64,000 nucleotides of DNA. Source: Macrostomum lignano. Taxonomy: Eukaryota. The translations under genes were made by a program, and so were the position numbers. Each line of letters begins with the position of its first letter. Position 1 is the stretch's first letter. Positions 27,701 through 39,473 of this stretch are shown here, one piece after another. The notes beneath the pieces were generated by a model. That model made no database searches. It saw only the letters and a program-made list of their open reading frames with translations, and had not been told where the DNA came from. Location of the stretch: contig NIVC01001377.1 in the NCBI GenBank assembly GCA_002269645.1, forward strand, positions 186,001 to 250,000, in the 5' to 3' direction.

Positions 27701-27797
27701 CGCCTTGAATATCGGTGGGAAGAATCCAGTCCATCTCTGATACAGCTTTGGATAGTTCGGGCATAACACCCATTTCTGTTTCGAATGCTGTTGCCAT
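9778..27797 (-). CDS. DDX1: ATP-dependent DEAD-box RNA helicase DDX1 (SPRY insertion), 6 exons, about 754 aa
   Basis: Exons 27797-27572, 27067-26913, 25621-25160, 24377-24006, 12206-11627, 10247-9778. All junctions are GT-AG and total 2265 nt, in frame. Motifs [12 protein letters not shown] ([17 protein letters not shown]), [42 protein letters not shown]. Confidence 0.97.
10250..10785. repeat. 16-17-bp minisatellite at the 3' end of DDX1 intron 5
   Basis: Unit GAGATTGGGTGAGAGGT, about 32 copies, grading directly into the acceptor at 10248-10249. Confidence 0.95.
10905..11570. repeat. 21-bp minisatellite in DDX1 intron 5
   Basis: Unit GAGATCAGAATAAGACAGGGT, about 31 copies. Confidence 0.96.
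15368..15750 (+). pseudogene. Decayed BEN-like domain ORF
   Basis: Across a stop and a frameshift it reads [15 protein letters not shown]...[40 protein letters not shown], a helical pattern resembling BEN domains. Recognised by eye only. Confidence 0.35.
16118..16996 (+). CDS. GC-rich orphan ORF with Ala/Gly/Pro-rich C-terminus; 5'-truncated, possibly viral capsid or gag-like
   Basis: 283-aa open frame (16145-16996, no ATG start) in a sharply GC-rich island within AT-rich intron. It has a globular-looking N-half and a [15 protein letters not shown] tail. Confidence 0.45.
   Translation, partial: SLAFAIPLDVLAAATQSLRGHSAVCNEDEVGDDAPADPVVWNGTVHSTKARARYHVGAAYLTGEPQEPLDLECTNNCLGHLATFFEILRPTHSLGSSPIVRSGATWLCNQFADYSDDWRHLLISYRTSMARTGTAIQQWLDSADNIRPVPYGEYAAFAEAAGAQPMDRAEYNTMVDNVLATGAAAQGQGLAQAIGGAAPQVDLAALGPLLAQVQAQLAAQGGAAAAARPAAQAAAQPAAQPAAQPAAPAAAPQPPPGPGGAAGGVGRGRGGGPPVPAPGHQATGGLPTMAEN
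16987..17060 (+). promoter_or_regulatory. Candidate -1 programmed ribosomal frameshift cassette
   Basis: G_GAA_AAC heptamer 16987-16993 directly before the TAG, a 6-nt spacer, a perfect 9-bp stem (17000-17008/17052-17060) and an inner 10-bp stem (17017-17026/17041-17050). The -1 frame stays open for about 58 codons. Confidence 0.4.
17170..17500 (+). mobile_element. P-element/THAP9-like transposase C-terminal fragment
   Basis: [37 protein letters not shown]...RNIFLPEVQ matches the H-x3-LI-x-x-x-x-x-Y-x-x-IR C-terminal pattern of P-like transposases. Confidence 0.45.
17540..17950 (-). pseudogene. PWWP-like domain relic
   Basis: [42 protein letters not shown], then in a shifted frame a helical KNPVFKALE segment. 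Resembles NSD-type PWWP (WP-x-x-V-C-x-D-P...V-x-F...R-x-W). Confidence 0.35.
18110..19250 (+). mobile_element. Internally deleted, decayed P-element (THAP domain plus transposase C-terminus)
   Basis: Frameshifted THAP: KCCVIDC...[24 protein letters not shown]...[10 protein letters not shown]...RLKAKAVP (18110-18385). C-terminal FYVAGYL...CQQC...RGELCSPS (18896-19165). The catalytic core is not seen. Confidence 0.75.
19301..19500 (+). pseudogene. Decayed DUF4806/BEN-like ORF
   Basis: [29 protein letters not shown] / [18 protein letters not shown]. Reading TGA as a mutated TGG restores an NWTG..G.K..AF motif typical of this family. Confidence 0.35.
21101..22831 (+). pseudogene. C2H2 zinc finger - tyrosine recombinase (phage-integrase fold) - PWWP gene, disrupted by about 4 frameshifts and one stop
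   Basis: [19 protein letters not shown]; SAM-like [10 protein letters not shown]...[15 protein letters not shown]; [10 protein letters not shown]; KVFKHKT (21899-21910) GELGP; NANSFR (R 22121); [13 protein letters not shown] (H 22201, Y 22228); [26 protein letters not shown]...[13 protein letters not shown] (22586-22765). Confidence 0.75.
23241..23264 (+). repeat. Short interstitial telomere-like repeat
   Basis: GGTTAG GTTTAG GGTTAG GGTTAG. Confidence 0.6.
24660..25110. repeat. 21-bp minisatellite in DDX1 intron 3
   Basis: Unit AGACAGACACCTAAATCTGTT, about 21 copies, degenerate at the edges. Confidence 0.93.
25690..26800. repeat. 79-80-bp tandem repeat filling DDX1 intron 2
   Basis: Unit about CATAGCAACCAAGTTGTTTACCATGGATACGTGATGCTAATCATCGGTTCCTAAACAAAAAATGACTAGCCAAAATC; measured periods 79 and 80; about 14 copies. 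Confidence 0.93.
27130..27540 (+). repeat. G-rich degenerate 15-bp repeat in DDX1 intron 1 (G-quadruplex potential)
   Basis: GGGTAGGGGGAGAGT-type units with many GGG runs on the plus strand. Confidence 0.85.
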
Positions 27798-27830
27798 GGT
27801 TACTGAAGTGTGCAGATAAACTAAATTAAA
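27798..27830 (-). promoter_or_regulatory. 3' splice acceptor 5 nt before the DDX1 ATG (5'-UTR intron or trans-splice site)
   Basis: Sense strand ...TTTATCTGCACACTTCAG|TAACC ATG; AG at 27804-27803. Confidence 0.55.
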
Positions 27831-28315
27831 TTTAAAAAACTCAAACTTTTTTGAAGTATCAACTGATAGCAAACTATAGGGAAAGTGGTTTATACAGAGA
27901 AGGTACTTCCAAGCAGAATGTATTGCTAACCAAAATCTTTATGCCAATATATTTCATTTATAAAATCCTTAGCAGAAAGGTCATGTTTTTAACACAAGGA
28001 AGATGAGTGCAAAACAAATTATTTGATATACTCTTGGCAACAATAATGAAGTTGTTTCCCCTTGCAGTGGGATGTAATTATTTTACAACCTCAATTGCAA
28101 GCTAGTGGTGTAGCTTGCACCCTCATTGCAAACGATGGCTACTTTCAAAATTGCTAAGTATATAAAATTAAATATATAAAACAGCAAATATAACTGTCTT
28201 AATAAGGAAAATACCTTGTCATTTAATAAGTACAACATTTGTATTCTTTTGGGTAGGCATTTTTGCAACTTACCACTAGTCTATCACAATTTATAGTGGC
28301 TGGGTCAGCCAGGTT

Positions 28316-28456
28316 TGCCAGCAGTTGCATATGTATAATATAAATAAGAATCGCCTGATACGAGGAGATGAGCCTCCTCAGGAGATTCTGTATGGTTTGA
28401 TCATCCTATATCAGGCAATTCTTTGTATATAATCCATGGCATGTGCAACTCTGGCA
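28316..28456. mobile_element. Imperfect foldback/MITE-like palindrome
   Basis: Outer arms TGCCAGCAGTTGCATATG (28316-28333) and CATGTGCAACTCTGGCA (28440-28456). Inner arms AAGAATCGCCTGATA (28346-28360) and TATCAGGCAATTCTT (28409-28423, one mismatch). Confidence 0.5.
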
Positions 28457-29854
28457 GAGATAACTATTATCTTTGCTATCTATGTCTATCTATCTTGTTG
28501 GTTTGTCTATAGTAACAGAGTTACGCTACTGATTATCATTATTCATAACACTGGGGGAATAGATGAGGTGCATAGGCAAAGTGGATAACATAGTATATAC
28601 TAAAAAAATTCTAGCATATATTGGCTTTGTATGCCAAAAGTTAGATACATACAGTTGGTGCACAATTCTCAAGAGAAAATAGTGTATATACACACTTAAT
28701 ACACACTTAATAGAATCACACAGAAGAGTTTTAGTTAAGTAGCAGAAAGATCAAAAAGTTTATTTTTTCAAGTATAAATTACAAGCTTTCCTGTTTTTAA
28801 GTTTGTAACAAAACAAATGTTTAAATATCAATTTACTATAAATAGCCTAGTAGGCCCCTATGGGCAAAAAATAATTATTAACAAATTATAAGCCAAAGCA
28901 AAAAGGGTCTTTTATGCAAGGCAAACAGCTGTTTATTGCCAAAACACAAAAATGTCATTTATTGTTGCAACAGCAGACCTAGATTTGAGAGTATCACTAT
29001 ACTATGCATGTATACTAATTTTTTTGGCATACATTTCTAATTATTCAATTTTTGTTTGGGTATATACCCAGAATGATCTGGCTATAGCACAAGAAAAAAT
29101 AGGGACATCTGGCATAATTTAAACCTTGGAAGCTTAGTTGCAAAAGGGTTCTATAGTCTAAATCATACTAGGTGCACCATGTATGCCTAAACAAAAATCG
29201 AATATGTACAAATGCATGCCAAAAATTAATAGAAGCAAATTCTTAAAACTATGCTGATATTGCAATAATAAATGACTTTTTTATTTTGTGACAATAAATG
29301 ATTTTTTTAATTGTGTAATGGACCTGTTTGGCAATACTATTCAAGAAAATTGATAGGCCTAATTGCAACAATTTATTTAAATGCCTTATTACAAGATTTA
29401 AAACCTAGAAAGCCAGAAATTTATGTTCAAAAAATATTTTTCTCATCTTTTTCTATTTTACAATAATTTACAATATCAATAGATAGGAGTGCTATATCCC
29501 AACTATGCACATCTATTTTTGGTTTGCGTGCAAGGCCAATGCACATCTAAATTTTCAGATATATGCTATTGACTAAAATAAAAATAAGAGCTCTGTTCAG
29601 TTTATTTTTTACAAATGGTATAGTGACAGGTGACTATAGAAATAATGGGTATAAGTCTATGTTTGGGTAAACAATAGCAAGCAATGAAGCAATAAAACAT
29701 AGTCATAGGCTAGGCCTATTTGATACAAAAACTAACATTTTTCTAGAAATAGGCATATTAGCATTATGTAATAATATATACTTTTCTGAAGATTTTTCTG
29801 AATAAGAAACAATTTGTTTCATATATTCACCATTTTTATTGCAACTTGATTGAA

Positions 29855-30068
29855 CATATTGCACCCCCCAAAAACCAAAATTTGCACCCCTTAAACTTGA
29901 TTTTTTGCCCCCTAAACGCATTTTTTGCACCCCTTAAACTTGATTTTTTTGCCCCCTAAATGCATTTTTTGCATCCCCTAGCTTAAAAACTGGCATCTCT
30001 TACACTCATGTTGGCACCCCAAACTTGGACTGCCCCCCCCCAAAATGAAACTCCAGATCTACCACTGT
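29855..30068 (-). mobile_element. Probable end of a non-autonomous DNA transposon
   Basis: Repeated TTGCACCCC(T)TAAA subterminal motifs ending in CTCCAGATCTACCACTG (reverse: CAGTGGTAGATCTGGAG...GGGGGGGGCA). The partner end was not found. Confidence 0.35.
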
Positions 30069-31232
30069 ATATTAACTTTTGTTTTTATTATTTATTTTTC
30101 ATGATATTAGGCCTACAAATAGCTATCTAGTCAGCAATATTATAAGCCTTGAAAGTACTTTTTGGTAGGCCCTATAACTTTTCAAGGATATGCATTTATG
30201 CAATTCCATAGTTTTTCCATGCCATAGTCCAGAATGTGGCCATTGTGCCAGTAAATTCAGGTATATTTTTCCCCCTTACTGACAATCTTAGCAATGTTAG
30301 CATATAGAATTTTCACAAGTCTAAGATTGTAATTAGTGTACACATAACACAGCTTTTGCGCGACCCGTTTGAAGCTTTTAAAGGGCAGTATTTGGGTTGA
30401 CCCCCAAAAAGGCGACGCCCACGTGCGTCTAAAAGTGTAGGCGCAAGTATAACTTTTTATGCGCCATCGAATATATATCTTTTTCAGTCTGATTTTTGTA
30501 GAAAAAATTTAGGTGAACTGGTGAACCCAGGTAGGGGTAAATACATTAGTTAGTCTCGATTTGTCTGTAGTTGCGTTCGCGCGCTGCTTGTGCTAATTAT
30601 AATCAGTGCTTGTCGAATTGGTGTAAATTCAAATGCACAAAAATAGTATAAATCATTTTTAGTATATAGGATATTAAAAGTATTAAATTTTATTGTTTCT
30701 TTGTTTTTGCTTTTATAGTTAGCAAATTGTCTTTCTTACTTTAAAATCGACGACAAAAAGTCAATAGGCACAAAGATTTGTTAAAATTTACGCGTAAATT
30801 ACCAGACCTGCTTGAATTTAAATTTAGAGTCTGTATAAAGCTAGACGATAAATATTTTTTCATGAATGATTGATCTAGTATAGCTAAGGTAGCTACATAT
30901 TTAAATACTTATTTAATATAAAAAGTATAAAACTAAAATGAATAAGCAGTGAATTGGGCAGATAATTATAGCCAGCTGTTTTTTAATGATGTATCAAGAT
31001 CAATTATTCATGAAAAAATATTTATAAAATCCGTCGTAGCAACATGTTTTATAAGTTATATCAAAAGAAGAGCTTTGTATCTGCTTCCAATAAAAAGCTA
31101 TCACCATTTTAAAGTGAAAAAGTGAAAATTTCCTATCTCGCCATAGTGCATTTTTTTCGTGAAAATCAGCCTTTAATAAATTTTCCAAGAAACGAAGTGT
31201 CCCGTCCTTCTTCTTCTAGTGGTCCTTGGTAT

Positions 31233-31430
31233 TGGACACTGGACACATTGGACACCCCTTATTTTAACATTAGTTATATATTTTGTCTTTATAAAAACGT
31301 GTAAATATTTTTAATATTACAATTATTGCATACGCTTAATTTTGGCAATATTTGAATTATTAGCATCAACAAGTTTCGACTTTTGTTAGAATAAGGGGTG
31401 TCCAAGTGTCCAGTGTGTCCAATGTGTCCA
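31233..31430. repeat. Inverted-repeat pair built from TGGACAC iterons around an AT-rich spacer
   Basis: TGGACACTGGACACATTGGACACCCCTTATT (31233-31263) versus AATAAGGGGTGTCCAAGTGTCCAGTGTGTCCAATGTGTCCA (31390-31430). Confidence 0.7.
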
Positions 31431-32149
31431 GCTTTTATACAGACCCCTTGAATTGGGTTACACTTAAAAATACTTCAAAAATGAATTAAAAATGAATTTA
31501 ATCAATGGCCTGCGACAATGGCTGTGCTCAACTTCGGTATTTCAAGCAAGAGGCATATACGTAAAAATGGATCGAGCCCTGGATAAAAGTACATGTATTA
31601 GCCAAACATTTGCTATCTGGCTACTACTATAGCATGCACGTACATGTAACTGCTTTTGAATGGCGGACTCCCATGAAGTCTCGCCCACGATATCTTTTGC
31701 GTCATTGATGAGACCTGGTCTCTCGATTGGGTACATTGTGTTGCTCAAATCAATAAACTTTTCCGATAAATCTGCGCTTGGTAGCACGAACCTTTCAGTT
31801 GGCGGGGTGACCCTCCAATTGGGTCCTCTGCGACGCGCGTTATTGTCACTTGATGTGAATGCGCACCAGCTGAATTTGGGTAGCAAGAACACCACACATG
31901 GAAATGCACCCACACATTTAATAACGGGGCGTTGTAATCGACGTGTACCATTCCGATCCACCATCACGCCCATTACAGTAAGTATCACAGCGGTACAATA
32001 CATACAGTACAAGTGAATATTAATTAATAAAAAAATTCGATGATCGAATTTCCTAAATTTCTGAGTGCATGTTCGACATCGAATCGGCACAGAAAATTCT
32101 GGGTCGATTCTGGGCCGAATTTTTCGCCGGGACCCGGACTTGCGATGGC

Positions 32150-33170
32150 CGCAGCTTACGGACTAGCAAGTGTGAGACGAGGACGATCGCTCTTGGACCA
32201 CAGTTTTATCCGCTTTAATTTGCATCCAGCCGACCAAGCAAAAGCCGAAGCCCCTCCCTTATACTTCACATGCAAAGCCCATGATCTGGCGGCCTGCCTT
32301 CTTAAGGAGGGCCTACAAAAGCAAAGAAACCGCGCTCCCTGGTGGAATCCAGCAGAGCTTGAGGCCCTTTGCCGAGAGAGAAGAGAAAAAAAACTACCAG
32401 CCGGTGAAGGCCTTTAGTCGATCAGCCAGCTAGCCTCACCAGCAGCTCTTTAAGCCTTAAGCTCCTTGAAAGACTGGTGCTAATTTGCGCCTGCCCTCGG
32501 TCAAGCTAAAGCGCTTCCTCCTGTGGCCTAGCGACCTAAGCGTCAAAGGTAACCTCGACTTTCTCTATAAAGTTAAGCACAGAGCCTGCCGCATGACTAT
32601 ATTGGCCTTACTTACCCTCTACTGCCTTTGAAGGCATGAATGTCTTACTCTAGTGCACATCATAGAAGAGGCGGCGAAGTGCACCCGGTGACTTCTGGAT
32701 GCTGGGATGACCTTCAAAAAAGTGTGGGATTCGCTTATATCCCGCACTCGGACCTCTGCCTCAAGATTATTGAGTATGATGGGCTCAACATCGACCTCAC
32801 GGACGCGATTCCAGCCGTGGAAGAAGCGGTGTGGAGCTATGCTCTCAGCAGACTGGACTTAACTTCACTGCTTTTCTAAGCGAGGTGCTTGCCATCAGCT
32901 CCTGTGCGGCAGAGCTGCGCCGAAGGCAGCTCAACGGTAGGAAAAAATTTTCACTCCGACAGCCAAGCAGCTCTTGGGCCCTCTGCCATGGCACCACCCG
33001 CTCCAAATCTATCCTGGATTGCAATCAGGTGGAGTTCAAATGGATCCTGGTCCACGCTGGTTTTCTCGGCAACGATCGAGTGCGCTGTCTTACTGGCCTT
33101 ATTCTGGGATAGCCCTTATCCCCAAAACGTCACCACAAACCGCGACTTAATTAACTATCTTGAAAATCGC
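32150..33170 (+). mobile_element. Old, internally deleted LOA-like LINE relic
   Basis: Fragments collinear with ORF2 of the 40.5-46.5 kb element: RAPWWNP, KHRACRM, IPHSDLCL, SEVLAISSCAAEL, FKWILVHAGFLGND, CLTG. Many stops and frameshifts. Confidence 0.8.
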
Positions 33171-34078
33171 CACTAAAATTCTTTATACATGGTCACTTAT
33201 AATTTTGGTGCTCCTGTACTTGTACAACATTCATAACTTCTTAACGTGCCCCACGGATACATGTATATGTACAGTTTTTGAGTAACCTGAGTAACCCCGA
33301 CGTCAATAGACATCTATGAAAAATTGGTACTATAATTACCATTTTTATTGCACTATACTATACTTTTTTCGCAGATTTTTTCTACCGTCTTTATACTGCT
33401 GCACATGCAAGCCACTCAAAGTCAACGAGGTCACGGACAAATATCTCCTTCTAGATTACACTAACGAATAACGACGTCGTACGCTTGTACATGTATGTCG
33501 TCGTCATGCGTCGAAAATTTCTTTTAATCAACAAGATAAGTAGTTTTTTCTCAACTATACTTTTTAACTTTAGATATTAAAATAAGAAATACCGTAAGCT
33601 CAGGTTAGACTTGTCTATTTGAAGATAGACTCCATGGATGGCAGTTCAAAATTTACTGGAGTACTGCAGAGTGTAAAGGCATGGTGTTCTACAGGAAAGC
33701 TAATTTTAACCGTACGTAAAGACTGCATACTGAAATTATAGCAAAACTACAGCAGACGAAATGAAACTTTGAGATAAGATTCGAATTTAAATTCAAAACA
33801 AAAAACTGCATAAGCGTCAAAAAATGAAAAAGTGAGTTTAAAACAAAGGCGAAAATGTGTCAGCTGTAAAAACATTTTTCCGTTATTTTTCTAAACTTAC
33901 TATTCTAAGTTTCACTTTGCAGGTCAACGAAAAATTTACTCCTTGCATTTTAACCGTAGAGTAGCTTATTGTAGATGTCGACGTGCATTTATGATGTGAG
34001 TTGTGCCTAATGGCGATCTGTTTTTTCGTTATAATTTCTCACGGACCGCATCGGCTTCGCTTGGTTGTTATACTCTTC

Positions 34079-35750
34079 TTAGGCAGAATCGAAAGGTCTC
34101 ACTATTTGCACAACGGAGAACACAAAAGCGAGTCCCTAGAAAAAATCATCGTTAATTATTTACTCATTCACTATGTATTCAGTGAACGCTAATGTTCAGG
34201 GCATAATGCCGGTTTAGAAACAGAATAATCATCATTAATTATTATTACATGTATATTTAGCCATTTGCTCACCTGCATGATGCATGATAGAATTACTTCA
34301 GAAATAACCATCCACATGTTGAACTTGTAGTTGTTAATCGCTTTGTCCATGCAGTCCTGGAAAATTTGTGTGCAGATTTATTGAGTTAAGTAGAAATCCC
34401 TTGATATACAATTGAGACTTTATGATGCAAGATGCAGCATTGAAGAATGATGGGAAATAGTTACGACAGGTGTTGGTCCTGTAAGTTATTAGAATTCAGG
34501 ATTATATGCAGCAATTAATCTGCAAAACATCTGACGCTTCGCAAAGGCGAAAGTTGCGCAGAGACTTTCACAATGTCTTTATACGTTGTGAACCGACAGC
34601 CTTAAAGTTGATTTCTGTAGCTTTTTTTATTTTTGAGCAGAAAAAAAGACAAATTCACCTCTTTGTGAACGAATCCTTTCTCTCTAGCGGCCTTGATGTC
34701 ATCCGCCGTGTTGCAGTCCGGGCTGTGCACCAGACAGCACGAGTCCGGTAGGGTCCGCTTTTTGCCATTTATGTTCACGTTGAATGATTTGTACCAGGGC
34801 GTTTCTAGGTAAATGTTTTTGCCATCGATTCCCGACCAGCCGCAGCACGCGCCCTGGATGAGAAAGTAGATGAGAGAGCTTGTTTTAGACAAATGTCTTG
34901 ATCACGATAAGAACTTTTTAATGTCCTGAAGATCCTGTTTACGAGACCTGAAACTTATTGCCACTGACTTGCAGCACTTTAGCAGGCTTCAGCATACATC
35001 ATCGTCTCACCTCGCGTTGAAATTTGTCCAGCAGTTCGGACATGGCCTGCATCCAAGGGTCGCTGTTTATGCCGTAATTGCGCCGTACGTCGGACATTAT
35101 CGAATCTTTGGTTTCCTGCATATCCATGCTCACTGAGATGCTGTAACCAACCAGGAAAGCCAGGTTGCCAACTAGGGAGCCGCAGAGTAGTCCTGCGTAC
35201 TAATTAGACATTATATTGGAGGTTTTGATTTAGTAAGAAAAGCATTAATTAAAAACTGAACCGAAATCAATGTTTCCGAAAGACATAAGACCGTAAATCT
35301 AGGAGCTACTATCAAAGCTAATTTTTGTTCTTTTTCCATTCCGTCAACCCGCGACCTAACTCAATATGTGACAAAGGCCTACACACCAAAAGACAACAGA
35401 AATGCAATATAGATTAACTCAAAATTAAAAAGGACTCTAGCTTTCATTTAATCATTCTTTAACTCCATACACAAACAACATCAGCTACTTACAATAAACA
35501 GCATATATCGTAGGCCAGTCAAGCAGGTAACGAGGCCGATGATGCCAATAATGATATCTATGATGCCAATGGACATGCTGAGCGTTCCGTCTGTGGTTGA
35601 ATTCTGCGTCCTGCCAACCTGGTCATCCTCCTTCGACACGATCTTCTCGGCGATGCCGTAGGCCATCATTGTGATGCCGGAGACAATGAAGAACACATTA
35701 ATCACCAACGGGAAGATGCAAGAAAACTGCCATTTGAACACAAATGCCAT
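34079..35750 (-). CDS. Tetraspanin-family protein, 5 exons, about 260 aa
   Basis: Exons 35750-35493, 35199-35011, 34853-34659, 34356-34273, 34135-34079, all phase 0, GT-AG, 783 nt. Four hydrophobic segments; large loop with CCG, LPDSCC and two further Cys. Confidence 0.88.
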
Positions 35751-36295
35751 GCAAATGGATCGCCAGAGCTGAAAACCAAGTTGGCAAGTAGATTCGTGAG
35801 TTAATCGGTTTTTACACAAGTTTCACCAGATTAACGAGACATTGATTGATTGTAAATTTCTAATTTTATATAGTAAATAGGCTTGCATCAAGATTCAACC
35901 TAGACAAAATTTGTTGGTGAGTTCAAAACGTCTAAATTAGACTCGCTATTCGCCAGAAGCCAATTTTTTTCTTTCGTGCATAGAAGACTAGCAACACTTT
36001 GGGGTTGGGAGGCAATAAATTCAGTAATAATAATGTTATTACGTGAAAACCATTTACAGTCAGTCTACTTAAAATTGTTAAAAAAGAAAATCAGTTAGCA
36101 CCGACTGCCATATGAGAGCAACCCCCCTTAAGTCCCTCATCCCCATTGAGCGTTATTTCATCCAGTTTTCTTGTTATTCTAGAAATTTCTTGTAGCCTGA
36201 AAAGTCACGTAGGAAATCAACGAAATTCAATACTAAGTACTACTTAACAGTAGTGCAGTTAGAGTTCTTTAATCTAGGATATTTCATGGCACGTC

Positions 36296-36302
36296 TATAA
36301 AA
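36296..36302 (+). promoter_or_regulatory. TATA box of WSC-PAN gene 1
   Basis: TATAAAA about 70 bp upstream of CCCACC-ATG (36369). Confidence 0.55.
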
Positions 36303-36368
36303 GCAGCCGAAATGAGGAAGATAACTTGCCGCTTTATAGTTAGAAACCTGCAGTTTTCTATACCCACC

Positions 36369-37365
36369 ATGCTATTCATCAAGCTTGCTTTTGTCACCTG
36401 TGTGACTGTCTTTTTTCTGGTGGCTTCTTCTGGCCAAGAGATTCCATTCATTTACATTGGTTGCTATAAAGATGACCACGATAGAGACCTGAAAGGACCC
36501 TTTAAGGATATGGTTCAAACAGCTACTCATGAGCGTTGTAGCATCTTCTGTGAAGAAAGAAATTTTCTGTTTTTCGGTTTACAAAATGGTAGACAGTGCT
36601 TTTGCGGTAATGCTTATGGATTGTATGGGCCTGTAGCGGAGAGCGGCTGCTCTTTCGACTGTCGTGGAAACTCAACCCAGAAATGCGGTGGGAGTTTTAA
36701 AAACTCGGTCTTCTCCCTTGTCTATCAAGGTAAGGCTTTGTATGCTATAGTAGATTATTTTTGTCGGTTTACTGTTATATTATACACGGAAACTGAAGCC
36801 TATGTATCAACTGGCAGTCATGTGACAACTTGTCGGACAAGTCAACTAGAAGCACCCTAGAAACAACTAGAAAAAGCAATTCAAATGCCTCACTTATAGG
36901 TTTCCATGGGTTTAGGACTCCGATTGCAGTCAGTTTGGTCTGTAGCTTTTCCTTGAGCTTCATTCTAGTCTTAAGTTAAGATGAAATCTCCACTTTTTCC
37001 ACCAAGAGCGCAGGGTAGGGACCTGGAAGGGATATCTCAAAGTTTCTAGTCAATTTCGTGACTTCGTCTATACCATTCTGATGCTTAAGTTGACATTCCC
37101 TTCACCTTCTGTAATGATTTCTACTTCAGCTGGAGACGGTTTCACTGTGACGAAACGGACCAGTCAAGTGATGCCGGAAGGACGGAGTAAGTTTTGGACC
37201 AAAGCCGCCAGATCCTACACAGAGTGCCTGATCTTCTGCCAGTCCAAAGTCAACTGCAAGGCTGCGTTTTTTGCCAATCAGCAGCTGCTGTGCTACCTGC
37301 TGAAGGCGGCCCAACTGCCTGGCAGTCTGAATGGAACCGCTGGAGACTATTTTGTCCGCAACTGA
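36369..37365 (+). CDS. Secreted WSC + PAN/apple protein, copy 1 (2 exons, about 198 aa)
   Basis: Exons 36369-36729 and 37130-37365 (phase-1 GT-AG intron). Signal peptide; WSC YIGCYKD...CSIFC...GLQNGRQCFCG...CRGNSTQKCGG; PAN ECLIFCQSKVNCKAAFF...LCYLL. Confidence 0.88.
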
Positions 37366-39473
37366 GCTGATCTCTAACTAGTCAGCAACTCCTTCTTTTG
37401 AGGAAAATAGTTTTAATATCAAGATCAAGAACAGAAATTGTCTAACACTTTTTATAACTTTTGAAGACCTCCTAATCTAACGAATTAAAAATATTGTCAT
37501 TGTATCAAAGAAATGCTATCAAAGAAAATAAGTTTCCTTCAATGAACGCAGCTTAAACATATTGAAACACTTTAATGAGCAACAATACTTATTAAATAGG
37601 CTTTGACTATTTGGATTATTTACATGTAATTTAGAAACTGGGACCTGTAATTCAGGTGAAGTACCGGAAATATTACTCTAATATTCAATGGAAGTTTCGA
37701 CGATTTATCGATGCATGCCTGAAAGACAAATGACTCTTTGGCTTGCTAAGCTTTATTCAACATCCTAAATAATAACAGGAACTCTTAGATAAAAGTGTTT
37801 TACTATAACATGGAATCGGAACACAAAACTCAGCTTTAGTCATTAAATATTGTGGTGCGGCATTCTTTCAATGCGTTTTAGTAATATTTACATTAAAACT
37901 AAGGTTGAACTACTTTGTATTGATCTCATAAAAAATAAAAACTCTTTGACCGTCACGTAGCTAGCTAGTGGCCTGCAGTTTTAAATTTTATTTAAAATTT
38001 TGAAAAAAAGAAATAAGCCTTTTATACACGAAATAACTAGTCGAAAACAAATGCATAGCAGAAGATGTACGCCGACGGATAATTACGCTCGCGGGTAGCA
38101 AATAGACAAAATAATAAATACACAGATAAATAGCGGAACTAGCGAAAAGATGATTTTTAAAAACAGTAGAAGAAGGGAACCAGATTACAACAAATGAAAA
38201 GAATATTAAAATCAGAAAGCAAATAACGAACACGGTGCATCGAGAGTTTCGCTTTCGGAATTGACAACTCATTAGAAAGCATTTTTATGCAGCTAGCAAA
38301 GATTGACATCGAACTTCTAATTGCAAATCGCAGGAAAATCTACGGGAATGGAATCCATCTTTCTGAATATTTCCAGCACTTTTTTACATGATTTAGCTGA
38401 AACCATGAGGCTATTCTTTCGGACTATTTTGGCCCCGGTCCGAAAGAAACTAGTCAGCTGATTAACGTTGGGCAATGCAACCTCTTGGCGACATCACAAA
38501 ACGATTTTGTGCACTCCTTTGACTGTTGAGCACAAACAAGCACGCCAATTTTGTACGCTCATGTAAACTCTGTGCATAGTGGCCTGGCCCTCATCGGTGT
38601 GAATCACACGAAACCCACCCGGCTAATTTTCGTGCACACAAGACAATTAAACAAGAGAGTCAAATGTGTGTACCGATGAGCTGCTCCGAGCCCCCCCCCC
38701 CACCAAACATCCTGAGTGCTCTTCCTAATGGGCTGCAGCGGCTTGCTTTAGTCTTGCACATGGGCCGCAGTTCTTTGATCTCCCAGTCGGGTTGCCTTGA
38801 AAGAAGTTTTAAAACGAAGTTTTCTTTATCAGTAAACATGACTGCGCATAGGTTTGAAGTCTTTAAATTCTTTCACAATAGTATCTGAGCTATTGAACCC
38901 CCCCCCCGGAAAATAGATCATGGAGTTGAAAGGATGTAGGCAGGTCGGTAAACACAGGGTCTTCCAAACAAGTAAATATACCTCCTCCGACTGGAAGCTT
39001 TTACGCCAGCCAGTTTCTGATATAGTAATAGCTACTGATACAAGTAATAGCCTAAGAGTGGTTGCAGAAAAGATGAATATACTACGGATTTCAACTCGTA
39101 GATATATCAGCATCTTTTTCGAATTTTGGTGGACCTTTCAATGGTCATTTTGACCTCTTGTGGCTCATGCAAAAATGGCTTCTCTTTAGCTTTCGAATTA
39201 TCGATTTTCTCTGAGATCAGATGTAGTACTTCTAGGTTGTAGTCAGCAATTTGACAGTGCAAAAGCGCGAACTGAAATTGAGACCAAAGTTATGCATGGG
39301 TGCTGATACAGAAATAAATAATAACTACATTATGCATCTACACTACTGTCAGTAAAACTATAATTCATTTCGGGTTGTTTTTGTACGTATCCAATGCGTA
39401 TCTTCTCCATATAAGAGACGCACTCAAGCTCATTCTTGCAAGCCCAACTGTTCCCAATAACCTGCAAGACGAA

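Noticed and set aside
31745-31951. VHFHV as a HUH rolling-circle Rep motif
   Set aside because: It lies in a short alternative frame with no motif I/III tyrosine or helicase context.
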